Assembly: GCA_963805625.1 (NCBI GenBank)
Contig: CAWDVE010000016.1
Coordinates: 1 to 64,000 of the forward strand
Reading direction: 5' to 3'
Length of the DNA: 64,000 nucleotides
Source of the DNA: an uncultured Candidatus Rokubacteria bacterium
GTDB taxonomy: Bacteria > Methylomirabilota > Methylomirabilia > Rokubacteriales > DASRDR01
Both the position numbers and the translations under genes were made by a program. The notes under the pieces were generated by a model. That model saw only the letters and a program-made list of their open reading frames with translations. It did not search any database and was not told the origin of the DNA. Positions 39,445 to 48,950 of this stretch are shown piece after piece (positions within the stretch are counted from its first letter, which is position 1; the number at the start of each line of letters is the position of its first letter).

Positions 39445-41172
39445 GTGACGGTCCGCCCGAGCGCGTCGACGGAGCTTGCCACCGATGTCTTGGTGGTCGG
39501 CGGCGGCCTGGCCGCCCTCCGCGCGGCGTGGAGCGCCCGCCAGGCCGGCGCGCGCGTGCTGGTGCTGGTCAAGCGCAAGCTCGGCCAGAGCGGCTCCTCC
39601 GCCAACACGTCAGGCGGTTTCGCCGCGGCCTGTGACGATCTCGATCCCGCCGACGACCCGCGCCAGCACTACGCGGACACCGTCGTCGGCGGCGGGTTCG
39701 TCAACGAGCGCGTCCTGGCCCGGGCCCTCACCGAGGAGGCGCCGGCGCGGCTTCGCGAGCTGATCGCGATTGGCGCCCGGTTCCAGCGGCGGAACGGCGG
39801 CTACTATCTCTCGCCGAGCGGGGATCACCGCCATCCGCGGGTCCTTGTCCCGGAACACATCCGCGGTACCGATCTCACGTTCCCCCTCCGGGCCGCCGTC
39901 CTGGCCGCTGGTGTCGACGTGCTCGAGAACGTGCTGGTGATCGAGCTGCTGGTCGACGACGGCCGGGTCGTCGGGGCGCTCGGATATCGGCGAGACCGCG
40001 CCGAGCTGGTGCTGGTCCGGGCGGGGGCGACGGTCCTCGCCGCCGGCGGAGCCGGCCGCCTCTTCAGCGTGACCAGCAATCCGGTGGACGTGACGGGCGG
40101 CGGCTACGCGCTCGCGCTCCAGGCCGGCGCGGTTCTCCGCGACATGGAGTTCATCCAGTTCTACCCATGGCGTCTCATCCGTCCCTTCGGCTCGAGCCGC
40201 GTCCCCGTGCAGCCGTCGACGTTCGTGTCGGGCGCCCGGCTCTACAACGCGGCGGGCGAGCGGTTCATGGAGGCTTACGACCCCGTCCGGAAGGAAGCGG
40301 CCACGCGGGACGTCTCCGCCCGGGGTATCTTCGACCAGATCCGGTTCGGCAAGGCCGTGGACGGGGGCGTCGTCCTCGACGTGTCGGCCGTCCCCGACGA
40401 GGTGTTCCGCCACGAGAACAGCAAGGTGGTCGACCGCCTCGACCCGCACGGCATCGACTACCGCACGATTCCGCTGATCATCGCGCCCGAGGCCCACTTC
40501 GTCATGGGTGGGGTGCTGATCGACGAGTGGGGTGGCTCGAGCCGCCCTGGCCTCTACGCGTGCGGCGAGACGGCGGGCGGTGTTCACGGGGGCAATCGCC
40601 TGAACAGCAATGCGGTGCCGGAGACGCAGGTCTTTGGGCACCGCGCGGGCCAGGCCGCGGCGCGCCACGCCGGAACCGCGGCCCCCGGGATGGTCGACGA
40701 CGGGAGCCTCCGGCGATGGACGCGCCGGCTCGCCGCGCTCCGCGAGGAGAGCTCGGAGGTCTCGCCCGAGCTCAAGGCGGCGCTGACCGCCTTCCGGGAC
40801 GCCATGTGGCTCGGGCTCGGGATCGTCCGCACCGAGGCCGGGCTCAGCAAGGCGGCGGCGCAAGCCGGGGCGACCGAGGAGCACGCGGCCGGCATACGGC
40901 CCGAGACGCTGGGGGACCTGGTGGCCGCAGCCGAGCTCGGCCACCTCGCCGCTGCGGCTCGAGCGTCCGCGGCGAGTGCGCTGTTCCGGACCGAGAGCCG
41001 GGCCGCTCACTACCGGGAGGATCACCCCGACACCGATCCCGCCTGGGTCGCGACCGTCGTCTACGCGGGGGGGCAGGTGTGGCGGCGCTCCCTTGCCGTC
41101 GACCCCGGCGAGGCCCGCGAGCTGGCCCGGCCCGCCGCCCGGGCTCCCGGCGCCGACGAGTTCGTCGAATGA
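39445..41172 (+). CDS. SdhA/FrdA/NadB-family flavoprotein
   Basis: VVGGGLAA, DMEFIQFYP, TRDVSAR, HFVMGG, HGGNRL, RTESRAAHYRED. Confidence 0.88.
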   Translation: MTVRPSASTELATDVLVVGGGLAALRAAWSARQAGARVLVLVKRKLGQSGSSANTSGGFAAACDDLDPADDPRQHYADTVVGGGFVNERVLARALTEEAPARLRELIAIGARFQRRNGGYYLSPSGDHRHPRVLVPEHIRGTDLTFPLRAAVLAAGVDVLENVLVIELLVDDGRVVGALGYRRDRAELVLVRAGATVLAAGGAGRLFSVTSNPVDVTGGGYALALQAGAVLRDMEFIQFYPWRLIRPFGSSRVPVQPSTFVSGARLYNAAGERFMEAYDPVRKEAATRDVSARGIFDQIRFGKAVDGGVVLDVSAVPDEVFRHENSKVVDRLDPHGIDYRTIPLIIAPEAHFVMGGVLIDEWGGSSRPGLYACGETAGGVHGGNRLNSNAVPETQVFGHRAGQAAARHAGTAAPGMVDDGSLRRWTRRLAALREESSEVSPELKAALTAFRDAMWLGLGIVRTEAGLSKAAAQAGATEEHAAGIRPETLGDLVAAAELGHLAAAARASAASALFRTESRAAHYREDHPDTDPAWVATVVYAGGQVWRRSLAVDPGEARELARPAARAPGADEFVE

Positions 41173-42038
41173 ACGCTGCCGTCCCCGCCTCGCTCGGACC
41201 GACCACGCACGAGGCCGACCTGCTCGCGCGGACCGGCGCCGCCGAGACCGCGCGGGACCGGACTCGCCGCGTCGGGATCGCCGTCGGCCGCGCCGTGGTC
41301 CTCGTCGTCTTCCTCGGAGGCTGGGGCTTCGTCTCCGGCCGGCTCGTCGACGCCGAGTTCCTCAGCGATCCTGGTGGCGTCGCGGCGGCCTTCATCGCCC
41401 TGGTGACGTCCGGCCGCCTCTTTCCCCATCTCGGCCAGACGGTGATGGAAGTGCTGGGCGGGTACGCGATCGGCGTCCTCCTGGGCGTGGCGCTGACCGT
41501 CCTCGTCGCTGCGGTCGAGGCCGCCCACCGGGTGTTGCGCCCGTTTCTGATCGCCTTCTACTCCATCCCGAAGATCGCCCTCGCGCCCCTCATCGTCATG
41601 TGGTTCGGCCTCGCCACCGCGCCCAAGATCATCCTGGCTGCGGCGTTCGTCTTCTTCGTCGTGTTCATGAACATGGTGGCCGGGGTCTACACCGTGAACC
41701 CGCACCAGGCCAACGCACTTCGGGTCATGGGTGCCGGCCGCTTCGAGCTCCTCACGAAGCTGATCCTGCCCGGCACGGTGCCGTACCTGATGACCGGCCT
41801 CCGCCTTGCCGTGCCCGAGGCCCTGATCGGGGCCGTCGTGGGTGAGTTCATCTCGGCCAACCGCGGTCTGGGATACCTGGTCACCTCGGCCGCTGCGCAG
41901 TTCAACACCGCAGGGACGATGGCCGCCATCCTGGCGCTGCTCGTGATCGTGGCCGTCATGGACCTGGCCCTGAGCCTCGCCGAGCGGCGCCTCCTCCGGT
42001 GGTGTCCCCGCCCGGCAGCGTCGGTCGTGAGGGGGTGA
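41169..42038 (+). CDS. ABC permease (SsuC/TauC-like), second
   Basis: PKIALAPLIVMWFGL, GAVVGEF; ATGA overlap. Confidence 0.9.
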   Translation: MNAAVPASLGPTTHEADLLARTGAAETARDRTRRVGIAVGRAVVLVVFLGGWGFVSGRLVDAEFLSDPGGVAAAFIALVTSGRLFPHLGQTVMEVLGGYAIGVLLGVALTVLVAAVEAAHRVLRPFLIAFYSIPKIALAPLIVMWFGLATAPKIILAAAFVFFVVFMNMVAGVYTVNPHQANALRVMGAGRFELLTKLILPGTVPYLMTGLRLAVPEALIGAVVGEFISANRGLGYLVTSAAAQFNTAGTMAAILALLVIVAVMDLALSLAERRLLRWCPRPAASVVRG

Positions 42039-42128
42039 GACACCACCCGTCCGCTGGCGGAGGAGTCCCCGGACATTCATCCAGCGGTCCCGGAGGTCCC
42101 GGGACCCACACAGAGGGAGAGTCAGCCG

Positions 42129-43145
42129 ATGAGAACGTGGAAGGTATTCGCGGCCGTGGCCGCGCTGCTGGCCAGCCTGACCGGCGCGCCCCCGTCGGAG
42201 GCCCAGACACCGGTCAAGGTGAAGCAAGCCGGCTTCAAGGTCATCGACCTAGCGGTGCCGTTCATCGCCAAGTCCGAGGGATTCTTCGGGAAGAACGGCC
42301 TCGACTGGGAGTACGTGGAGATCGACAGCGGCAAGCTGGGGGTGGCCGCGCTTCTGTCAGGGAACGCCCAGTTCACCGACTTCGCCGTGGATGACGTGGC
42401 CGCGCTCCAGAAGGAGGGCAAGGACCCGATTCTCGTCTACAGCATGGTCAACGCCCTGACCATGGACATGGTGGTGCGGAACGACGTCCTGGACCAGCTC
42501 AAGCTCACGCCGGCCTCGCCCCTGGGCGACAAGCTCAAGGCGCTCAAGGGGATGACGTTCGGGATCACGCGGCCGGGCGCGGTGACCCAGCTCTTCCCGT
42601 CCTACCTCCTGCGCAAGGGCGGGTTCGACCCGGAGAAGGACGCCACCTTCGTGCAGATCGGCGGCGGGCAGGCCCTGGTCGCGGCCATGAAGGCCAAACG
42701 GATCGACGCCTTCATGCTGTCGGCGCCGGCGCCGTACCTCCTCGAGCGGGACAAGGTGGGCACGGTCATGCTCAAGAACTCGGCCGGCGAGGGGCCGCCG
42801 GAGTTCGGCGACTTCGCGTTCGAGTGCATCGCCGTCCTCAAGTCCTGGGCGGAGAAGAATCCCCGGCTCGTCGAGGCGTACATCCGGTCGCTGAATCAGG
42901 CCTATGACTGGATGCTATCGAACCGCCCGGCGGCCCTGGCGCACCTGAAGAAGTACTTCGCGGAGACCGACGAGGCGACGCTCAAGATCTCGTTCGACGC
43001 CCTCATCCCCGCCATCCGGAAGGGTGGCCGGCTGACCCAGGCCGCGGTCACGAACCAGCTGAACGTCATGAAGGCGATCGGCGCGGTCGAGGGGACGCCG
43101 GACACGACGGAGGGCGTGCTCTGGACGAACGCGTATAATAAGTAG
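42129..43145 (+). CDS. ABC substrate-binding protein (SsuA/NMT1-like), second
   Basis: Signal peptide; paralog of 34870-35892 (QAGF, GITRPGA, EGVLWTN). Confidence 0.9.
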   Translation: MRTWKVFAAVAALLASLTGAPPSEAQTPVKVKQAGFKVIDLAVPFIAKSEGFFGKNGLDWEYVEIDSGKLGVAALLSGNAQFTDFAVDDVAALQKEGKDPILVYSMVNALTMDMVVRNDVLDQLKLTPASPLGDKLKALKGMTFGITRPGAVTQLFPSYLLRKGGFDPEKDATFVQIGGGQALVAAMKAKRIDAFMLSAPAPYLLERDKVGTVMLKNSAGEGPPEFGDFAFECIAVLKSWAEKNPRLVEAYIRSLNQAYDWMLSNRPAALAHLKKYFAETDEATLKISFDALIPAIRKGGRLTQAAVTNQLNVMKAIGAVEGTPDTTEGVLWTNAYNK

Positions 43146-43348
43146 CGACCGGCACCGCGGGCAGGCGCCCGTAGTGTCCGAATATTCGGCCGGGGTACCC
43201 GATACGGACGGGCTCAGGCCAACGACGCATGTTGCTGACTGAAAATCCCTGGCCGAAAGGCCAGTGTGCACGTTGGGTGTATTTGATATCATCTCCAACG
43301 TCGTTTCGCCCTTGACCGGTATCCGCTAAGTAGCTAATCTGTAAGGAC

Positions 43349-43390
43349 GAGGTCGTGGTGCAGCCTGGTTAGCACACTGGCCTGTCAAGC
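43349..43390 (+). tRNA. Partial tRNA-Asp(GTC), 5' half only (copy 2)
   Basis: GAGGTCG-TG-GTGC-AGCCTGGTTA-GCAC-A-CTGGC-CTGTCAA-GC. Confidence 0.8.
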
Positions 43391-43407
43391 AGGCGGGCAG
43401 ATCAAGG

Positions 43408-43447
43408 CCCCTCGGTAAGTCGCGGACTTGCCGAGGGGTTTTTCTTT
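43408..43447 (+). terminator. Intrinsic terminator (copy 2)
   Basis: Same 14-bp hairpin plus T-tract as copy 1. Confidence 0.88.
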
Positions 43448-43564
43448 GGCTGCTTGGCTGGTGGTGGGTGATTTGGGGCCCGCCGAGGGCGGTCGCGGGC
43501 ATAGTTTCGAGCATACCGAAATCGACCGGGCAAGACTCGTTCGTCAGGAGTCTCGCGCTACCGA

Positions 43565-44641
43565 TCAAAACGCCGAGGCGGTTCCTCGGTGCAACCGGTC
43601 TCCGGCGGCGAGGCACCGCGGACAGGCGATGCCGCCGCCGTGAAGGCCCACCTCGTAAGTGAGGCCGTTGCAGCGGCCGCACCGAGCTGGCTCCCCCGTG
43701 CGCTCGACCGGATCCCAGGTCAGCGCGAGTGGCACCTCACGGCGTTTGTCAGCAAGCGTGCCGGCAAATACGACGCGCGGCAGATAGAGTCGGAGGACGC
43801 TCAGCAGCGAGAGCTCCGCCGACAGCCGATACTTCGCCCCCAGCTCGCCCAGCCGCCCGTCGCGCTCGCGCTCGATTGCCAGGCGCTTCGATCCGAGGGC
43901 GGCCTGCTCCGAGTTGTCGGGCGGCAGTGCGGCCCGCCGTCTCTCGAGCTCCCGGATCAGCTCGGTGTAGTAGGCCCGGGCTCGCCCGCTCTCGCGGGCC
44001 AGTCGTGCCTCGAACTCTCGCCGCCGGGATCCCAGCGGGGCGGAGAGACGCTGCTCGATCTCGCGCCGCGCCACCGCGTAGGCCTCGGCGGTGGGCCGTT
44101 CCGCCATCATGGGCCACGCCTCTACGGGGTCGCCAGCGACACCGTGGCGGTCGAGCGCATCTTGGAGGCGGCGCAGGAGGCGACCGTCGGTGAGGTTCAC
44201 CGCGACCTCTAGGAGGTCCTCCTCCCGCTCGTCCGAGAGATACCGCACCCGGAAAAGGAAGAGCCCGGTCGGGACCCACCAGGGTCGCCCGCCCTGCGGG
44301 GTCCAGGCGCTCTCGAAGAAGCGATAGGCACGCCGCAGCTGGTCAGCTGTGCTCGGCGTTGCGGTCACCGCACTGTCCAGGAACGCGCGTGCCACGCGCC
44401 CGGACGCCGTAGTGTCCCGAAGCAGACGCTCCAGGGTAGGGCTGGCGAACGACACCAGCTCGGCGTCGGGCATCTCGTCGAGCAGCTCGGGGTCGAAGGC
44501 GAGCTGGCGCACCGTCAGGTCCCCGGACCCGGGTTCCGGCCACAGGACCGTGTGGAGCCCGTCGGCCCTTCGCTCCACGACACCACCCGCCTGCTCGATC
44601 GCCGTGACGGCGAACGCCTCGACTCCGCCCGGCACCTTCAC
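43565..44641 (-). CDS. YqhG-like hypothetical protein with coiled coil and C-terminal Zn ribbon
   Basis: Coupled to the SNF2 gene by a GTGA overlap; CGRC...CPRC at the C-terminus. Confidence 0.7.
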   Translation of the reverse strand: MKVPGGVEAFAVTAIEQAGGVVERRADGLHTVLWPEPGSGDLTVRQLAFDPELLDEMPDAELVSFASPTLERLLRDTTASGRVARAFLDSAVTATPSTADQLRRAYRFFESAWTPQGGRPWWVPTGLFLFRVRYLSDEREEDLLEVAVNLTDGRLLRRLQDALDRHGVAGDPVEAWPMMAERPTAEAYAVARREIEQRLSAPLGSRRREFEARLARESGRARAYYTELIRELERRRAALPPDNSEQAALGSKRLAIERERDGRLGELGAKYRLSAELSLLSVLRLYLPRVVFAGTLADKRREVPLALTWDPVERTGEPARCGRCNGLTYEVGLHGGGIACPRCLAAGDRLHRGTASAF

Positions 44642-46722
44642 GACGGGCCCCCGGCGGCGAGTACGTCGCCAAATAGCCGGTCATCGAGCGCCTTGGCCTC
44701 GAGGTAGGCGGTCTTGGCCGCGAGCAGCTGATCACCGAGGGCCTGCATCTCGGCCCGGAGGGCCGAGGGGTTCGCGGACGCGAGCCACAGGTCGGTCACG
44801 AGCTCCTCGAAGTCCTGGTCGCTGGCGAGCTGGCCCAGGATCATGTCGATCTCGCCAATCACGAGTTCGAACATGTTGATCTTGGCGTCCAGCACGTCTA
44901 GCAGCATCTCCTCGATGGTGCCCGCGGCGACCAGGTTGAACACGTGGACGTCGCGCGTCTGGCCGACCCGGGATAGCCGCCCGATCCGCTGCTCGATCCG
45001 CATCGGATTCCACGGGAGGTCGTAGTTCACGAGCCCGTGCGCGAACTGAAGATTGCGACCCTCGCCGCCGGCTTCCGTCGAGAGCAGGATCCGGGCGGGG
45101 CCTTCGAACGCGCGAACGGCGGCGTCCTTCTCGACGCGGCGCAGCGCACCGTGATAGAGGGCGAGCGGCTCACCCGCCTCGCGCAGCATCCCGGCCAGAT
45201 ACTCCTGGGTCGCACGGAAGCGGGTGAAGACCAAAAGCTTGTCCGGCCATGTGCGCACCAGGCTGAGGAGGGCGCGGCTCTTGGCGTCGTCGCCGACCGC
45301 CCGCGCCTGCTCGTCGAACCGCCGCAACTCCTGGAGGAGGGGTCCCGGACGCGTCCCGTTGACGAGGCGCTCCAGCGTCGCGGCGGCGGCCCGGGGGCTC
45401 GAACCCAACTCCATCTGGAGGGTCTGTGCCATCATCCGGGTGACCTCGCCACCCGACCGGCAGCTCTGACGGAGGAACTCCGACAGCTCGGTGTACAGCG
45501 CCTGCTCGGCTGATGTTGGCGTCACGGTCACCGTCCTGGCCACCCGGCGCGTGAGCGCCACCGCGGTGGTCGCGCGACGGTTTCGGACCATGACGTCGGT
45601 GAGGAGGCGGCGGAGGCCCTCGGGGTCCCGGGGCTGTCGGCGGTCCCCCCGGGCCACGTGATCGCGGTGGAACGCCCGGAGTGTGCTGAGCTGACCGGGC
45701 TGGAGCAGCGTGACCAGGTTGAACAGCTCGTCCAGATCGTTCTGGACCGGCGTCGCCGTAAGGAGCAGGAGGTAGGTCCGGCGGAGCCGGTTCACGAACT
45801 GCCAGAGAACGGTGCGGGCGTTCCGCAGGTGATGGGCCTCGTCCACGATCACGAGGTCGTACGCGATTTCCTCGATCACGCGGGCATGCTCCGGCCGCTT
45901 GGCCGTGTGGAAGGAGGCGACCACGCGCTCGAAGCGCTGCCAGGCCTCCCGCCCCGCTTGCCGGAACGGCTCCGCGTCGTGGCTCACGAAGTCGAGGCAG
46001 GCTTTCCGCCGCAGCTCCTCTTGCCACTGAGTCACCAGCCCGGGCGGCGCCAGGACCAGCACGCGTCGCACCAGCCGCCGCCGCCAGAGCTCGGCCAGGA
46101 TGATCGTTGCCTCTACGGTCTTGCCGAGCCCGACCTCGTCGGCCAGCAGTGCGCGTCCCCGCATCCGGTTGAGCACCGTCCTGACCGCGGTGATCTGATG
46201 CTCGTACGGGATCACGTCCCGCAGGAAGGGGAGCGAGACCAGCTCGTCGAATCCCGGGGTCAGGGCGAGCGCGTGGCCCCAGCGGTTGAGCTGGTAGGCG
46301 GACAGCGGCTCCTCGTGCCCCTCGGCGAACGCCGCGAGCACCTCGGCATCGGCGGGATCGGTGCGGACGGGGACGGCCGCGATCTCGCGCGAGGCTTCTC
46401 CCCAGGCGAGGTTGAGCGACCGCTGGCCCAGCGGTCCCACGCGAAACCGAGGAGGATCCGCCGTCTCCACGTGCAGCTCCAGCCGCTGGCCAGGCCCGGC
46501 CGTCGGGCGGAGGTCCTGCAGGCGTGGCACCTCGAGCGCGCCATGTTCTCCGTCCCACCTACCCGCCACGACGCGCCCGGATTCCTCCAGGAACTCGACC
46601 GTGGTGGGCTCTCCGGTCGGCGACACGAGGTGGCGGAATCCCCCGTTCAGAGGGATGAGCCCCGCCTCCCACGCCTCGCGCGGAACGGGGAGCTCGAACC
46701 GGTCGCCGCGTCGTATCGGCAT
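44638..46722 (-). CDS. SNF2-family helicase/ATPase (YqhH/RapA-like)
   Basis: LADEVGLGKT, DEAH, TATPVQN, STEAGGEGRNLQ, YDLPWNPMRIEQRIGR. Confidence 0.93.
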   Translation of the reverse strand: MPIRRGDRFELPVPREAWEAGLIPLNGGFRHLVSPTGEPTTVEFLEESGRVVAGRWDGEHGALEVPRLQDLRPTAGPGQRLELHVETADPPRFRVGPLGQRSLNLAWGEASREIAAVPVRTDPADAEVLAAFAEGHEEPLSAYQLNRWGHALALTPGFDELVSLPFLRDVIPYEHQITAVRTVLNRMRGRALLADEVGLGKTVEATIILAELWRRRLVRRVLVLAPPGLVTQWQEELRRKACLDFVSHDAEPFRQAGREAWQRFERVVASFHTAKRPEHARVIEEIAYDLVIVDEAHHLRNARTVLWQFVNRLRRTYLLLLTATPVQNDLDELFNLVTLLQPGQLSTLRAFHRDHVARGDRRQPRDPEGLRRLLTDVMVRNRRATTAVALTRRVARTVTVTPTSAEQALYTELSEFLRQSCRSGGEVTRMMAQTLQMELGSSPRAAAATLERLVNGTRPGPLLQELRRFDEQARAVGDDAKSRALLSLVRTWPDKLLVFTRFRATQEYLAGMLREAGEPLALYHGALRRVEKDAAVRAFEGPARILLSTEAGGEGRNLQFAHGLVNYDLPWNPMRIEQRIGRLSRVGQTRDVHVFNLVAAGTIEEMLLDVLDAKINMFELVIGEIDMILGQLASDQDFEELVTDLWLASANPSALRAEMQALGDQLLAAKTAYLEAKALDDRLFGDVLAAGGPS

Positions 46723-46852
46723 GGCTCAGTGTCGGACGGACCCCCCGCTTCGCGCAATGTGTCGGGACCGTGTCGCTCGAGAGGTCGGGCGTCAGAGGGG
46801 AATGCGGCCCCCTCGACCGGGGCGCACTGGGTTGCTCCTGTTTGCCGCGCCC

Positions 46853-47146
46853 TCAGAGGCGCGACCGCCAGTAGCCTGGCCGCCGATGGAGGTGTGCGAC
46901 CGCGACGATGAGAATCCGTGACGGCTCGACGCGGTAGAGGAGGCCGTAGGGAAACCCTCGGACGAGGGTACGCCTGAGTCGACGGCCGAAAGGGCGACCG
47001 CTGTCCGGGAACTCGAGGATCTGTTCGTAGGCTCGCCGGACCGCAAGGATGAAGTCCAGACCTAAACTCTCGACGTGGCTCTCGAAGTACCGCGCGGCTG
47101 AGACGAGCTCGGCGTCCGCCTCAGGATGAAACTCGACCCTTCTCAC
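46853..47146 (-). CDS. RelE/ParE-family toxin
   Basis: FHPEADAEL...FPYGLLYR...IVAVAHLHRRPGYW. Confidence 0.9.
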   Translation of the reverse strand: MRRVEFHPEADAELVSAARYFESHVESLGLDFILAVRRAYEQILEFPDSGRPFGRRLRRTLVRGFPYGLLYRVEPSRILIVAVAHLHRRPGYWRSRL

Positions 47147-47370
47147 CGAAGCGTCGAACGGACCTTGTCGAGCACCTGCTCCGCAGGGATGCCGGCGACC
47201 TTGCCGGATTCGAGCTCGTCGAGTCTACGCTCGGCCTCCTCAAGCCAGGCCTGCTCCGCGTCGCGGTCGGACTCCGGGTCGAGGCTGGAGATGAGGCGTT
47301 GGGCGAGTTGAGCGCGCTCCTTGGGCGGAAGCTGCAGAGCCTTTGACTCGATCTCGCGCGGGTCACCCAT
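47143..47370 (-). CDS. Addiction-module antitoxin
   Basis: ALQLPPKERAQLAQRLISSL...AWLEEAERR; GTGA overlap with the toxin. Confidence 0.88.
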   Translation of the reverse strand: MGDPREIESKALQLPPKERAQLAQRLISSLDPESDRDAEQAWLEEAERRLDELESGKVAGIPAEQVLDKVRSTLR

Positions 47371-47499
47371 GCCCGAACGATATCACATCTGGGTGCCCCT
47401 TGAACCCCCGCCGGGAGGTGGTGGGGCGGCGAGGGCCGTATGCAGGACGACGTCGCGTCAACTGTCCGTTTCTTGTCCGTGATGGCGTCGGTTCCGGGT

Positions 47500-47797
47500 C
47501 GATCCCGGCGATGAGGTTGTCGCCCATGCCGAGGCCCACGCCGTCCCGTTCCAGGGTTCGATGGATCTCGGCCGCCGCATCGGCACCCGGCTCGTCGGGT
47601 GGAAGACACGGCAAGGCGGCGAGGAGTTCACCGACGAGCTTCAGCTGGCGCGCAGTCTTCGCCCCGGCGAGCAGCTCGAAGCGCGTGATGACGGTGGTCC
47701 GGAGCTGACCACGGTCGAGCTCCAGGGAGACCCGATTCGCCGCCGGAGCTCGGCCCTCCAGGAAGTCGATGAGCACGTCGCTGTCGGCGACCATCAT
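47500..47797 (-). pseudogene. vapC: VapC/PIN toxin with a disrupted C-terminus
   Basis: MMVADSDVLID...ITRFEL...DNLIAGI; similarity degrades afterwards. Confidence 0.7.
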
Positions 47798-48026
47798 CGC
47801 CAGGACCTCCGGAGCGCCTCGGCCGCATCTCGCAGCGATTTGCCCTCCTGGGACGGCATGGCCCCCTTCAGGAGCACGGCGCGCTTCCGTTGCGCCCGGC
47901 CTCCGCGCGCAGGTAGGCGTCGAGGGCCTCACTCACGAACTGCGAGAACCCCTTGGCACCACGGTGGGCCGCGAGTTCGAGCAGCTTGGCGCGATGCTCC
48001 GGTTTCATCTCGATCGTCGTGCGCAT
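47794..48026 (-). pseudogene. VapB-like RHH antitoxin, frameshift near 47892
   Basis: MRTTIEMKPEHRAKLLELAAHRGAKGFSQFVSEAL; second frame ends LRRSWR-stop with an ATGA overlap to vapC. Confidence 0.7.
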
Positions 48027-48050
48027 CAGCAGTCCTCCGGGGACCATTGT

Positions 48051-48064
48051 CATGCACGTGCATG
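48051..48064. promoter_or_regulatory. Perfect 14-bp palindrome, probable vapBC operator
   Basis: CATGCACGTGCATG, 24 bp upstream of the antitoxin start. Confidence 0.5.
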
Positions 48065-48170
48065 CATGAGTAAATCCGAAGGGCACTGGCCAAAGAGGCC
48101 AATGATCACCCGGGCATAGTTTGGCAGGGGCGCCCTTGACCCATGTGCGCTAAGTAGCTAATCTGCAATG

Positions 48171-48212
48171 GGGGTCGTGGTGCAGCCTGGTTAGCACACT
48201 GGCCTGTCAAGC
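48171..48212 (+). tRNA. Partial tRNA-Asp(GTC), 5' half only (copy 3)
   Basis: GGGGTCG-TG-GTGC-AGCCTGGTTA-GCAC-A-CTGGC-CTGTCAA-GC. Confidence 0.8.
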
Positions 48213-48229
48213 AGGTGGGCGAAATAGAA

Positions 48230-48269
48230 CCCCTCGGTAAGTCGCGGACTTACCGAGGGGTTTTTCTTT
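48230..48269 (+). terminator. Intrinsic terminator (copy 3)
   Basis: CCCCTCGGTAAGTC-GCG-GACTTACCGAGGGG-TTTTTCTTT (perfect stem). Confidence 0.88.
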
Positions 48270-48419
48270 GGGTGCTTGGCTGGCGGTGGGTGATTTCGGG
48301 CCTGGGGAGGGCGGTCGCGGGCATAGTTTCGGGCATAGCGAGAATCGGCCGTCCAGACTGACTCGCGAGACGTTCGCGCGACCGATCGATCCACAGCAAC
48401 GCCTGGCGCATCGGCCGGT

Positions 48420-48950
48420 TTACCCGAAGTACGCCTCGAGCCAGAGCGCGAGCGTCTGGTCGTGACGGGCGAGGTCCCCGATGATGATCGGTCGCAGCTC
48501 CGTCTCGTAGCGCTCGCGCAGGAGGACCGGGTCGAGCGGAACGGTGCGGGCCAGGCGGGCGACATCCTCACGGTCGATCGGACTGTTCCGGGCCAGCTTC
48601 GAGAGCGCCAGATCGTGCGCCTCCAGGGTGAGGAGGGCAAGGCGCGCGAACCGGCCGGGCCAGAGCGGGGTGAGCCGCTCCTCGTACCGATCAGGCAGGC
48701 TCGCGACGGTCACGTGCTGGAGGTGCACCCGGTGAGCGCGGGCCAGCGCGCTGCCCGGACCGGCGAGTCCTGGAGGCGCGCGGCGTGCCTCGCGGGGATC
48801 ACCTCGAGATAGTCGAGGTCGGCCGTCGGGCGCGAGAGGCCGTAGCGCACCGCGACGACGAATCCCCCAAGACAGTGGCGCCACGACCTCCGGCAGGCGG
48901 CGTCGAGCGCCGCCAGGAACTCGCGCCACGGGGACGGCGGCTCAGGCGCG
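48420..48950 (-). pseudogene. DUF6036-like nucleotidyltransferase, frameshifted
   Basis: PWREFL...HCLGGFVVAVRYGLSRPTADLD in one frame; HDLALSKLARNSPIDREDV in another. Confidence 0.7.

Larger units (their letters stand above)
43219..43530 (+). repeat. Repeat module copy 2
   Basis: TTGACC 43312-43317, TAATCT 43335-43340, tRNA half, terminator, GGGCATAGTTTCGAGCATA. Confidence 0.92.
48131..48354 (+). repeat. Repeat module copy 3
   Basis: TTGACC 48136-48141, TAATCT 48159-48164, tRNA half, terminator, GGGCATAGTTTCGGGCATAG. Confidence 0.92.

Noticed and set aside
43178-43189. Palindrome CCGAATATTCGG (dif-like or operator)
   Set aside because: Single occurrence, with no XerD arm (TTATGTTAAAT-like) beside it.
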